A DNA stretch of 32,717 nucleotides from IMG/VR virus record IMGVR_UViG_3300010366_000034, positions 1-32,717 of that record. The stretch is one strand, 5' to 3'. The position numbers and the translations under genes were made by a program. The notes below the pieces were generated by a model. That model was not told the DNA's origin. It searched no databases and was given only the letters and a program-made list of their open reading frames with translations. Positions within the stretch are counted from its first letter, which is position 1. Each line of letters opens with the position of its first letter. This DNA is from a virus. Lineage: Duplodnaviria; Caudoviricetes. Below are positions 8,296-15,625 of the stretch, one piece after another.

Positions 8296-8839
8296 GAAAT
8301 GGATCTGGATAGCCCGCTGGGAAGAGTTCCAGCACTACACGCCCGAGCCTGATCGGCCGCCTGTCTGGATCAAGGATCACGTCCGCCAGATCGTCGACGA
8401 TCGCTACCTGCGGCTGACCGACAGACAGCGGGCGCTCATCCGAGACTTGCGCGATCTCTTCGCGATGACACGCGGACGACTGCCCGACGACACGCCGACG
8501 ATCGCTCGATATAGGCATCGACACACACGCGACGCAGACCTGAAAGCGCTCAGTGATGCGGGTTTGATCGAGGTTTTGTCTAGACGATCTCTAGACAACC
8601 GTCTAGAGAAACTCTATAGCTCGCGCGCGCGCCCGCGCGCTCGCGGAGAAGAACTCTCTAAAGAGAGTTCTAAGAGGGGCGCTCGCGCTCGAGCAGGCTC
8701 GAAGCGCACGAGCGCGCGCCCCGAAGAGAATGGTCCGCCGCCCGCCTGCGACGAGTGCGGCGTGGGCGGCGGCCAGCACGCGGCCGACTGCTCGCATGCG
8801 TCACCGTTCGAGAAGCCTGGTCTCGAGGGCCGGTCGTGA
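8288..8839 (+). CDS. putative replication initiator (lambda O-like architecture)
   Basis: WEEFQHY...WIK N-terminus with a winged-helix-like segment; internal AT-richer iteron region; C-terminal CxxC...H...C. Confidence 0.65.
   Translation: MAEKWIWIARWEEFQHYTPEPDRPPVWIKDHVRQIVDDRYLRLTDRQRALIRDLRDLFAMTRGRLPDDTPTIARYRHRHTRDADLKALSDAGLIEVLSRRSLDNRLEKLYSSRARPRARGEELSKESSKRGARARAGSKRTSARPEENGPPPACDECGVGGGQHAADCSHASPFEKPGLEGRS
8576..8671. repeat. putative replication origin: phased TCTAGA iterons plus a 22-bp palindrome
   Basis: TCTAGA at 8579, 8590, 8602 and TCTATA at 8613 (11-12 bp spacing); AGAACTCTCT-AA-AGAGAGTTCT at 8650-8671. Confidence 0.6.
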
Positions 8840-8843
8840 TGGT

Positions 8844-8996
8844 GGCGGCGGGGATCGTTCCGGAGATAACCCGCCGCCTTCGGCCCGGCCTCGAGACGAA
8901 GTCGACGTGAGGGTCGGCGCCGATCCCAGGAGTTCGTTGGAAGCGACCCTGCGCGGCGTGGTGAGACGACGCGAGACGCCGACCCTCTCGTCCGAC
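8844..8996 (+). ncRNA. structured RNA region (two stems) overlapping two coupled micro-ORFs
   Basis: GGCGGCGGG/CCCGCCGCC (8844-8878) and GAGGGTCGGCG/CGCCGACCCTC (8909-8987) stems. Confidence 0.4.
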
Positions 8997-9008
8997 ACGT
9001 AGGTTAGC

Positions 9009-9032
9009 TAGGCTCTGCCCTGGAAGCTGACC
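9009..9032 (+). promoter_or_regulatory. putative -10 (TAGGCT) followed by a GGAAGC(T)GACC leader motif
   Basis: gcTAGGCTctgccctGGAAGCtGACC mirrors the integrase promoter gcTAAGATccgccctGGAAGCGACC. Confidence 0.55.
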
Positions 9033-9055
9033 ACGATCTGCAGGAGGTGGACTAC

Positions 9056-9529
9056 ATGAGCGACAACGGGCAGGCTCCGGAGCGCTCGACCGACGAGGTG
9101 CTCGCCGGGATCCTCGAGCCGGTACGCGAACGGGCAGGCGAGCTACGCGCGCAGAAGCAGCGACTCGTCGACGCGATCGCCGAGATCGACGCCGAGCTAC
9201 GCAAGCTGGCCGCCGTCGAGCGGGCGGCAGACCGCGACTACGTGAAGCCAGGGCCGAGCAGCCAGAAGACGAAGACAACGCGTGGGTCGAAGGCCGACAC
9301 GGTCGAGCGCGTGCGTGCGGCGATCATCCAGCACGCGACTAATGAAGCCTTCACCGCGTCAGACGTCAGGGCCTGGGCGCGCTGCGACGGCTCGACCGCG
9401 CGTCGAGCGCTCGACGTGCTTCGCGCGCAGGAGATCATCCGCTACGTCGGCAAGCAGCCGCGTGCCGAAGGGCAGTTCGGTCAGCTACCGGCGACGTACC
9501 GGCTGATGGCCGATGGCACGGCTAACTAG
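9056..9529 (+). CDS. coiled-coil plus winged-helix DNA-binding protein
   Basis: AGGAGG SD; N-terminal coiled coil; FTASDVRAWARCDGSTARRALDVL wHTH. Confidence 0.7.
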   Translation: MSDNGQAPERSTDEVLAGILEPVRERAGELRAQKQRLVDAIAEIDAELRKLAAVERAADRDYVKPGPSSQKTKTTRGSKADTVERVRAAIIQHATNEAFTASDVRAWARCDGSTARRALDVLRAQEIIRYVGKQPRAEGQFGQLPATYRLMADGTAN

Positions 9530-9926
9530 CCTCAGGCTCGCCGAGTTCTCAGACCGTGAACTCCTGGCGCTGATGATTGACCTCCGCGACGAGCGCGGCG
9601 TCGTCACGAGCTACCAGATCGCCGAGGCGCTCGATCCCGACGCAAAGCATCCGACCTCGTGCGTCGGGATCCGCCTCGGCTGGATGCGCCGCTACCACGT
9701 CGTCGAGCAGGCGCCGAACGGGACGCCCGGCTGGCAGCTGACCGAGAAGGGCGAGAAGCTCGCGAACGGCCAGCTGCGGGCGGCGCAGCTGAAGGTCCTC
9801 GAGGGCCTCGACCCGTCGCAGGGCCTCGACGCTGCGCTCGCGCTCGGGTCGTTCTACCGGCGCCTCGACTACACCGAGGCGACGATGCTGCGGCGTGGCT
9901 GGCAGCACGCGAGCGGGAAGCGATGA
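9513..9926 (+). CDS. winged-helix-like protein
   Basis: VTSYQIAEAL...RLGWMRRYHVVE...WQLTEKG pattern. Confidence 0.65.
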   Translation: MARLTSLRLAEFSDRELLALMIDLRDERGVVTSYQIAEALDPDAKHPTSCVGIRLGWMRRYHVVEQAPNGTPGWQLTEKGEKLANGQLRAAQLKVLEGLDPSQGLDAALALGSFYRRLDYTEATMLRRGWQHASGKR

Positions 9927-10219
9927 GACGCGCGATCGGCCTGCAGGGTGTCGCGCTCGTCCTGCTCGGCGTCGCCGTCATCGTCCTCGCTCTGTCGGTG
10001 CCCGCGGCGTCGACAGCGCCGTCGCCGCCGACGCCCAGGGTCGCGCGCCTCGAGCGGCAGGTCGCGAGCCTGCAGCGGCAGCTGTCGCAGACGCAGACGC
10101 TCGCGATCGGCACCGCGCAGCAGCTGCAGGCCTCGCACGACGCCTTCGACCGCGTGAGCCAGCAGGTCGACAACCTGACCGAGCGCGTCGCCTGGCTCGA
10201 GGCCAGAGTGGGGAAGTGA
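9923..10219 (+). CDS. membrane-anchored or secreted coiled-coil protein
   Basis: N-terminal TM helix followed by heptads; ATGA-coupled. Confidence 0.65.
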   Translation: MRRAIGLQGVALVLLGVAVIVLALSVPAASTAPSPPTPRVARLERQVASLQRQLSQTQTLAIGTAQQLQASHDAFDRVSQQVDNLTERVAWLEARVGK

Positions 10220-10437
10220 AACCAACACGGGCCGAGCTTCTCGCGGAGGTGGACAGGCTCACCGCCGAATTGGCGGAAGCGGACACCGCCCACAACAACT
10301 GCGCCGACCCCGTGCTGGTGCAGACCCTACGCACGGAGGTGGACAAGCTCACTGCCCACAACGAGCAGCTGCGCCGGGAACGAGAAGCGCTCGTGCTCAG
10401 GCTGGTCCATCTTGACGTGCAGGTCGTCGACTCATGA
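10216..10437 (+). CDS. coiled-coil protein with internal EVD(R/K)LTA repeat
   Basis: GTGA/ATGA-coupled; duplicated segment. Confidence 0.6.
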   Translation: MKPTRAELLAEVDRLTAELAEADTAHNNCADPVLVQTLRTEVDKLTAHNEQLRREREALVLRLVHLDVQVVDS

Positions 10438-11042
10438 TCCGCGAATGGGTCAGAAGCCGGAGGGGCTACAGGCCCGCGGCGTTCTGGGAAGGCCGCAGCC
10501 GCGACCTGATCGACACCTACGACCACCCGGAGACCTGGCCGACCCGCGGCTGGCTGCGAGCCGACGCCGAAGACGTCACCGTGCCCGCGCTGCTCCGCTT
10601 GTACGGCTGTAGCACCGTGCTCGTGCCTGGCGCGGGCAGCGGCCGTCAGTACGACTACCTCGAGGGCTTCGAGGTCGTCGGCTTCGACATCAGCAAGACG
10701 CTCGTCGCCGAGTGCCGCCGCAGGTATCCCGCCATCCCGACCGAGCGCGCGGAGGTCGTCGGCTGCGAACGCTTCGGCACCTTCGACGCCGTCGTCACGT
10801 CCGCCGTCCTGGCGCACGTGCCGCCCGCCGAGATCGAGCAGGCGGTCGCGTCGGTTCAGGCGGCGGCGACGAAGCTGATCGTGATCCGCGAGTACACGCA
10901 GGTCGGCGCCGAGGCCGACTACCAGACCGCGCACGACTACGGCACCCTCTTCGCCGGATGGCGGACGATGCACCGCGAGACGACTGACGAGCGGGCTGGG
11001 TATCTCGCGGAACTGATCGCGTTCGCGCCGAGGGTGACGTGA
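10434..11042 (+). CDS. class I SAM-dependent methyltransferase
   Basis: VLVPGAGSGR (motif I), VVGFDIS, FDAVVTSAVLAHV. Confidence 0.85.
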   Translation: MIREWVRSRRGYRPAAFWEGRSRDLIDTYDHPETWPTRGWLRADAEDVTVPALLRLYGCSTVLVPGAGSGRQYDYLEGFEVVGFDISKTLVAECRRRYPAIPTERAEVVGCERFGTFDAVVTSAVLAHVPPAEIEQAVASVQAAATKLIVIREYTQVGAEADYQTAHDYGTLFAGWRTMHRETTDERAGYLAELIAFAPRVT

Positions 11043-11121
11043 TCGCGGCGAGGCTCAACGTGAGGTTGGTTCGCCGACTTAACCCACCGCCTCGCCGCGT
11101 TCAGGTCCCGACGGGGGACGA

Positions 11122-11229
11122 GTGATCTGGTCACTCTTTGCGGTCGTCGCGAGCCTCGTGCTCTCTGCCTGGCTCGTCTATCTGATCGTCAAGGTCGCCC
11201 AGCACGTCGGCGCGTGGCCCTTCGCGTGA
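11122..11229 (+). CDS. 35-aa membrane peptide
   Basis: MIWSLFAVVASLVLSAWLVYLIVKVAQHVGAWPFA; GGGGG SD-like sequence; GTGA-coupled to the next gene. Confidence 0.6.
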   Translation: MIWSLFAVVASLVLSAWLVYLIVKVAQHVGAWPFA

Positions 11230-11744
11230 GACTGCCGCCGCAGGTGTTCGCAGGCTCGAAGCCCGACCCGGCGAAGTTTCACGAGGTCTGGAACCGCGAA
11301 CTGTTCTGGAAGCCGACGGGCGGACTCTGGACGTCGACGCACACGCCCGAGGCCGAGTACCTGTCGGGCTGGGCCGAATGGACGACGCTCGAGGACTTCA
11401 AGATCGCCGACGAGTTCTGGCTGCTGCAACCGGCGGACGCACGCGTCGCCGTCGTCGCGACCCAGGGCGACCTCGCGGCGCTGCTCGAGTGCTACCGCCT
11501 CGAGCCGCGGCAGGGCGACCTCGGCCTCGCCTGCTTCAGCGCCCTGCTCGATTACGAGCGCATCGCCGACGACTTCGACGTGCTCACCTTCCCGGCGCCC
11601 TGGGGTGAGCGCTTCCGCGGCGACTACGCCCTGGGCATGTTCTTCTCGGTGCTCGACAGCGAGTGTTCGCTCTGGCTGCGCTGGGCGTTCGAGGGCGACG
11701 CCGAGCAGCTGCGCCCACCGGCCGCGCTAGGTTCGGCGGCATGA
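11226..11744 (+). CDS. conserved phage hypothetical protein (KPxGGLWTS motif)
   Basis: KPTGGLWTS...WAEW...DYE...D...DSE pattern; coupled at both ends. Confidence 0.7.
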   Translation: MRLPPQVFAGSKPDPAKFHEVWNRELFWKPTGGLWTSTHTPEAEYLSGWAEWTTLEDFKIADEFWLLQPADARVAVVATQGDLAALLECYRLEPRQGDLGLACFSALLDYERIADDFDVLTFPAPWGERFRGDYALGMFFSVLDSECSLWLRWAFEGDAEQLRPPAALGSAA

Positions 11745-11977
11745 GGGATGGCCCGGCTGCGATCGTCATCGGCGGCTGCTACGCCTGCGGCCGAACGTTC
11801 GGATTCAACCCGCACCGCGTGCCGAGCTACCAGACAGACCCGACCGACTACGCGAGTCGCGAGCCGATCTGCCCGACCTGCATCGTCGTCGTAAACGAGC
11901 GACGCCGCGCGGCTGGCCTCGACGAATGGCCGGTTCATCCTGACTCGTACGAGCCGATCCTGGCCGCCGAGCTATGA
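11741..11977 (+). CDS. small Zn-finger protein
   Basis: CYAC...CPTC; coupled. Confidence 0.7.
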   Translation: MRDGPAAIVIGGCYACGRTFGFNPHRVPSYQTDPTDYASREPICPTCIVVVNERRRAAGLDEWPVHPDSYEPILAAEL

Positions 11978-12168
11978 CGCCGCCGCCTGTCCTGCTGCGC
12001 GCCCGGCGCAGGGCGATCAGTCTCAGGCTCGCCCGAGACGAGTTCGAGCGCGTCGTCGTCGAGGCCAGCCGCACCGAGAGCGTCGTCACGATCGCCGAGG
12101 CAGTGCAGATGAGCGTCTCCGAGATCGCGCGCATCGTCGTCCGCGGCGGGACGCATCCGGGTCCCTGA
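11974..12168 (+). CDS. small HTH-like protein
   Basis: SVVTIAEAVQMSVSEIARIV. Confidence 0.6.
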   Translation: MTPPPVLLRARRRAISLRLARDEFERVVVEASRTESVVTIAEAVQMSVSEIARIVVRGGTHPGP

Positions 12169-12171
12169 AAC

Positions 12172-12203
12172 GACGACGACCGCCTCGAAGGGCGGCCGTC
12201 GTC
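12172..12203 (-). terminator. hairpin between convergent operons (probable terminator)
   Basis: Minus strand GACGACGGCCGCC-CTTCGA-GGCGGTCGTCGTC followed by GTTT. Confidence 0.6.
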
Positions 12204-12231
12204 TGCCTTGACGCGTGATGCGCTCGAGAGC

Positions 12232-12729
12232 TTAGTCGAGCGGCTCGAGATTCGGCAGCCGCACCCGCGACTCGGTCGCGCCGTACATTGGCTCATCCCA
12301 GCGAACGAGCACGCCCGCGTGCTTACGGTTGTCTTTGACGATCGTCCCAGTGCGGCCGCTCATCGTGACGCGTACGCGGTCGCCTACGCGCAGGTCGTGG
12401 AACGTCGGACCGGCTGGCCCGAGCGGCTGGCGTGGAGCGCGGCGCGCCTCTCCGAAGAACACCTCAGCGCGCGCGAGTTCCTCGGCGCTCAGGCCGACGA
12501 CCCAGACGTACCACTTGCCATTCCGGCCGTTGTGCTCGTCGTCCTGCGCGAGCAGGCCGCGCGTGAACATCAGCTGGCCGTAGCGGCCCCAGCCCTGGCA
12601 GACCACGCGGCCGTTCCGGTCGCGGATCCAGCCGCCGCCCGCGCCGCGATCGCCGCGGACCTTCGCGAGTTTTTTCGCAGCCGTCACGAAGGCGACCGGG
12701 CGTTCGAGGTGAGCCTGCGCGCGGGTCAC
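12232..12729 (-). CDS. hypothetical protein with C-terminal SH3/KOW-like barrel
   Basis: LRVGDRVRV...GTIV...VLVRWD; GTGA-coupled. Confidence 0.65.
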   Translation of the reverse strand: MTRAQAHLERPVAFVTAAKKLAKVRGDRGAGGGWIRDRNGRVVCQGWGRYGQLMFTRGLLAQDDEHNGRNGKWYVWVVGLSAEELARAEVFFGEARRAPRQPLGPAGPTFHDLRVGDRVRVTMSGRTGTIVKDNRKHAGVLVRWDEPMYGATESRVRLPNLEPLD

Positions 12730-12953
12730 GACTGCACCCGAGCCTCGGCGAGGCGGACGCTGGCGACGACCTGCGCGGCGAGCTTCATGCTCGGCTTCTG
12801 GCCGAGGCCGAACGTGCAGCTGTAGCTGCGGCCGCTCGGCGCGAACGCGATCGCGGCCAGCGGCGCCCAGCTGGCGCCGACATTCTCGAACTCGACGACG
12901 ATCTCGCCGTCGCCGTACATGCGATCTCCGATGAACGTGGTCTGGGCGGTCAT
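12726..12953 (-). CDS. hypothetical protein
   Basis: MTAQTTFIGDRMY...; coupled at both ends. Confidence 0.65.
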   Translation of the reverse strand: MTAQTTFIGDRMYGDGEIVVEFENVGASWAPLAAIAFAPSGRSYSCTFGLGQKPSMKLAAQVVASVRLAEARVQS

Positions 12954-13162
12954 GACTGACCGCCCAGCGAGTCGCGAATCACGGCGCCGCGCGCGGCCTG
13001 CTCGCGCTCGCGGCACGTCTCTTCCCAGCGAAGCGCGCCCAGGTACGCGGCGCGATTCGCTGGCGACATCACACGCGCGCCAGCCTCGACGCGGTGCTTC
13101 CGCGCGATCCGAAGATCCTCGGCGCGCATCGCGAGCGTCGCGCGCAGATCCAGAGCACTCAT
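12950..13162 (-). CDS. hypothetical protein, first gene of the leftward operon
   Basis: AAGGGAG SD before MSALDLRA; in-frame upstream ATG at 13192. Confidence 0.65.
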   Translation of the reverse strand: MSALDLRATLAMRAEDLRIARKHRVEAGARVMSPANRAAYLGALRWEETCREREQAARGAVIRDSLGGQS

Positions 13163-13198
13163 CCGAACTCCCTTCGTAGCGGTCGCTTCCATGCGTCC

Positions 13199-13227
13199 AC
13201 TGTACTGGACAGCGAGACGACCTGCAA
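13199..13227 (-). promoter_or_regulatory. leftward promoter TTGCAG-17-TACAGT
   Basis: Sigma-A-like hexamers with 17-bp spacing. Confidence 0.65.
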
Positions 13228-13280
13228 GGGGAACCGACGTGCCCGAATGTAAAATCGTCCAGGCGAGTGGACGGTACCCC

Positions 13281-13309
13281 TGGCAACTCGCGGCAGCGTC
13301 CAGTAGTAT
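13281..13309 (+). promoter_or_regulatory. rightward promoter TGGCAA-17-TAGTAT
   Basis: 17-bp spacing; mirror image of the leftward promoter. Confidence 0.65.
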
Positions 13310-13345
13310 GGACATATGGAAGCGACCACTACACCGGGAGGAATC

Positions 13346-13846
13346 ATGCACCGCCACCACTGGGACATCACCGGCCGCCTCGAGGCCGACACCGTCCGCA
13401 CCTGCACCGACTGCGGCGAGCGCCAGGTCAAGCGCTCCGGCCGCTGGATTGAGACCGAGACCGAGACGCCCGCCGAGATCGAGACGTTCGAGGTCCACGC
13501 AGCCTACGACGCCGACGGCTTCGTCACTCACGTTCAGATCTCGGTCACCTGTCCGACGCGCGAGCGCGCTGACGAGATCGTCGCCATGTTCCCGAAGTCC
13601 TGCAAGCTCAAGAGCTACCGCGTCTCGAGCGACCCCGTCGACTACGCCGGAGCCGGGAACTGGATCACGCTCTGGGCGAACGGTGTCAACGGCGGCGTAA
13701 ATGAGACCGGCCTTAAGCGCTACCGGGCGATCGTCGCGAAGGCCCGCGCGCTCGGCTTCTATCTCGACTTCGAGTACCGGGTCGCCGCGAACGGCGTCAA
13801 GTCCGAGGCCGAGCTTGAAGAGCGGCTCGCGAGGGCGCAGGCTTGA
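13346..13846 (+). CDS. hypothetical protein
   Basis: GGGAGG SD; CTDC motif; in-frame upstream ATG at 13316. Confidence 0.75.
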   Translation: MHRHHWDITGRLEADTVRTCTDCGERQVKRSGRWIETETETPAEIETFEVHAAYDADGFVTHVQISVTCPTRERADEIVAMFPKSCKLKSYRVSSDPVDYAGAGNWITLWANGVNGGVNETGLKRYRAIVAKARALGFYLDFEYRVAANGVKSEAELEERLARAQA

Positions 13847-13924
13847 GCGGATCCTGCGGCCGGGCCTTCGCGGGCCTCGGCCGGAGCACCCGCTCCGGGA
13901 AGCGACCACCACGAAGGGAGTCCC

Positions 13925-14164
13925 ATGACCACCACGACCCGCCTGACAGCAGCCCAGGTAGACGCACTCGCCGAGCGCGTCTCGGGCGCGCTGAAGGACG
14001 ACCTGCGCGTGCGGCTGGCGAGCAGCTACGGCTACCACGCGCTGATGCTCTGCGACGCGACCGGCGACGTCCGGCCGCTCGTCGAGAACGGCAAGCTCGC
14101 CGCCGTTCAGGCCCACCTCGAGGGCATGGCCGACGCCCTCACGATCATCGGAAGGGACGTCTGA
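13925..14164 (+). CDS. hypothetical protein
   Basis: AAGGGAG SD preceded by GGAAGCGACC. Confidence 0.75.
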   Translation: MTTTTRLTAAQVDALAERVSGALKDDLRVRLASSYGYHALMLCDATGDVRPLVENGKLAAVQAHLEGMADALTIIGRDV

Positions 14165-14166
14165 GC

Positions 14167-14388
14167 ATGACCACGATCAAGACGACAAGCGAAGAGTCCC
14201 GCGACCTGTACCTGCTCGCGAGCGAACTGCAGAGCGCGCTCGGCGAGCCGCACCTGACGATCGCCGAACTGAAGGCCGTCAGCGCTCTCGCGATCGAGCT
14301 ACGCCGGAAGGTCGGCGAACTCGAGCGCACACTCGACGCCCGCGCCTGGGCGGCGCAGACCGACCCGCGCTTCGAGGTGCGGTCATGA
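14167..14388 (+). CDS. hypothetical protein
   Basis: MTTIKTTSEES...; AAGGGA SD. Confidence 0.65.
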   Translation: MTTIKTTSEESRDLYLLASELQSALGEPHLTIAELKAVSALAIELRRKVGELERTLDARAWAAQTDPRFEVRS

Positions 14389-14591
14389 CGAAGACAGCAG
14401 ACCTAAAGAGGGCCGAGAAGGCCGCCGAGCGCGACGCTGCGGCGGCTGCCTCGGCTGCACGAGCACGCAGGACGCTCGAGACCGCCATCAGGCGGGCGGC
14501 AGCGTCCGGCAGTTCGGTCCGCGAGATCGCGGCAGCGACCGGCCTGGGTAAGTCCCGCATCCACCAGATCGCATCCAGGGAGGCGTCATGA
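14385..14591 (+). CDS. small HTH protein (candidate Cro-like or autorepressor)
   Basis: GSSVREIAAATGLGKSRIHQIA. Confidence 0.75.
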   Translation: MTKTADLKRAEKAAERDAAAAASAARARRTLETAIRRAAASGSSVREIAAATGLGKSRIHQIASREAS

Positions 14592-14944
14592 GCCAGCGAC
14601 TCACGATCATGATCGACGTCCGGCGGCGCAGCGATCGCGAGAGCGTGCTCGCCTATGTCCGCGAGCGCGTCGAGCAGGCAGGCGGCGAGATCCACGCCGC
14701 CACCAGTGCCGACAAGCGCGGCCGCGGAGCACGCGGCCAGATCATCGCCGACACGCCCGACGCCGTCGCGCTGATGTACGCCGTGAACGACGCGCTCGAC
14801 TACGACTCGAACGCATACGCGCTCGACGTCATGGACGACCTCGCGATGGGCGCCTTCCTCGAGGACGGCTCGCGCGTCGGCTTCGCGAATCAGGACTACC
14901 GGGCCGAGCGCGACTCGATCCGCGACTGGGAGAAGCAGCGATGA
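14588..14944 (+). CDS. hypothetical protein
   Basis: Coupled; GGGAGG SD. Confidence 0.7.
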   Translation: MSQRLTIMIDVRRRSDRESVLAYVRERVEQAGGEIHAATSADKRGRGARGQIIADTPDAVALMYAVNDALDYDSNAYALDVMDDLAMGAFLEDGSRVGFANQDYRAERDSIRDWEKQR

Positions 14945-15252
14945 ATCCCAACGTCGACGAGCGGCTCGCCCGCGACCTCGCCGAGGACACGGTCGACCTG
15001 TTCGAGCAGGGCGATCACTACCGCGTCTCGGACGCGCTTCGCGCGATGGTCGACCGCGACGCAAGCTACGGACCGGACGCCGCCAGTCCGGACACGATCG
15101 GCCGTGCCTACGGTCTCGCCTGTAACGCCCTCGGCGTGAAGCCGAAGCCCGGCGTCGGCTTCCACATCGAGCAGCACCCCGACGGCTCGGAGCGCAAGAG
15201 CGACGAGCAAGTCGGCCGCGAGGTGCTCGGCCGGATCGTAGGTCGGTCATGA
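14941..15252 (+). CDS. hypothetical protein
   Basis: ATGA-coupled. Confidence 0.7.
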   Translation: MNPNVDERLARDLAEDTVDLFEQGDHYRVSDALRAMVDRDASYGPDAASPDTIGRAYGLACNALGVKPKPGVGFHIEQHPDGSERKSDEQVGREVLGRIVGRS

Positions 15253-15452
15253 GCCGCTGCGGGCACCAGGCAACGACCGCGGACGGGCAGCCGCTCGTCT
15301 GCGGTCTGGCCGCCAAGCATCGCGGCCTACACGAGCAGAAGACGAAGCTCCGAGACGGCGACGTTCGCACGAACTGGGGCGACGACGGCCTCGCCAGCTG
15401 GGCGACGAAGGACGCCGCCCGGCTCGAGGCGAGCCAGAAGGGGCAGCGATGA
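15249..15452 (+). CDS. hypothetical protein (Cys/His motif)
   Basis: ATGA-coupled; C...C...H..LH. Confidence 0.6.
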   Translation: MSRCGHQATTADGQPLVCGLAAKHRGLHEQKTKLRDGDVRTNWGDDGLASWATKDAARLEASQKGQR

Positions 15453-15625
15453 GCGAGCCGAAGACGACCCTGAGCTTCACCGAGCGCGACCTCGAGGTGC
15501 TGCTGATTTTCGTCGGGAACACGCTCGAGGACTGGCCCGACCAGGACGACGAAGAGGTCGCCGTCCAGATCATGATCCGGATCCGCGAAGCGCTCCGGCG
15601 CGTGCGGGCGAAGGCGGCGTCATGA
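15449..15625 (+). CDS. hypothetical protein (58 aa)
   Basis: MSEPKTTLSF...; coupled at both ends. Confidence 0.65.
   Translation: MSEPKTTLSFTERDLEVLLIFVGNTLEDWPDQDDEEVAVQIMIRIREALRRVRAKAAS

Larger units (their letters stand above)
13195..13313. promoter_or_regulatory. three operators GTCCA-N6-TGGAC (13195-13210, 13257-13272, 13298-13313)
   Basis: Identical dyad arms; the outer two overlap the -10 boxes of the divergent promoters. Confidence 0.8.

Noticed and set aside
8901-8996. Possible tRNA or SRP RNA
   Set aside because: No T-loop/CCA cloverleaf and no convincing SRP domain IV motif; kept only as an unknown structure.
12208-12825. 205-aa plus-strand ORF
   Set aside because: The minus strand carries coupled genes with a promoter and terminator.
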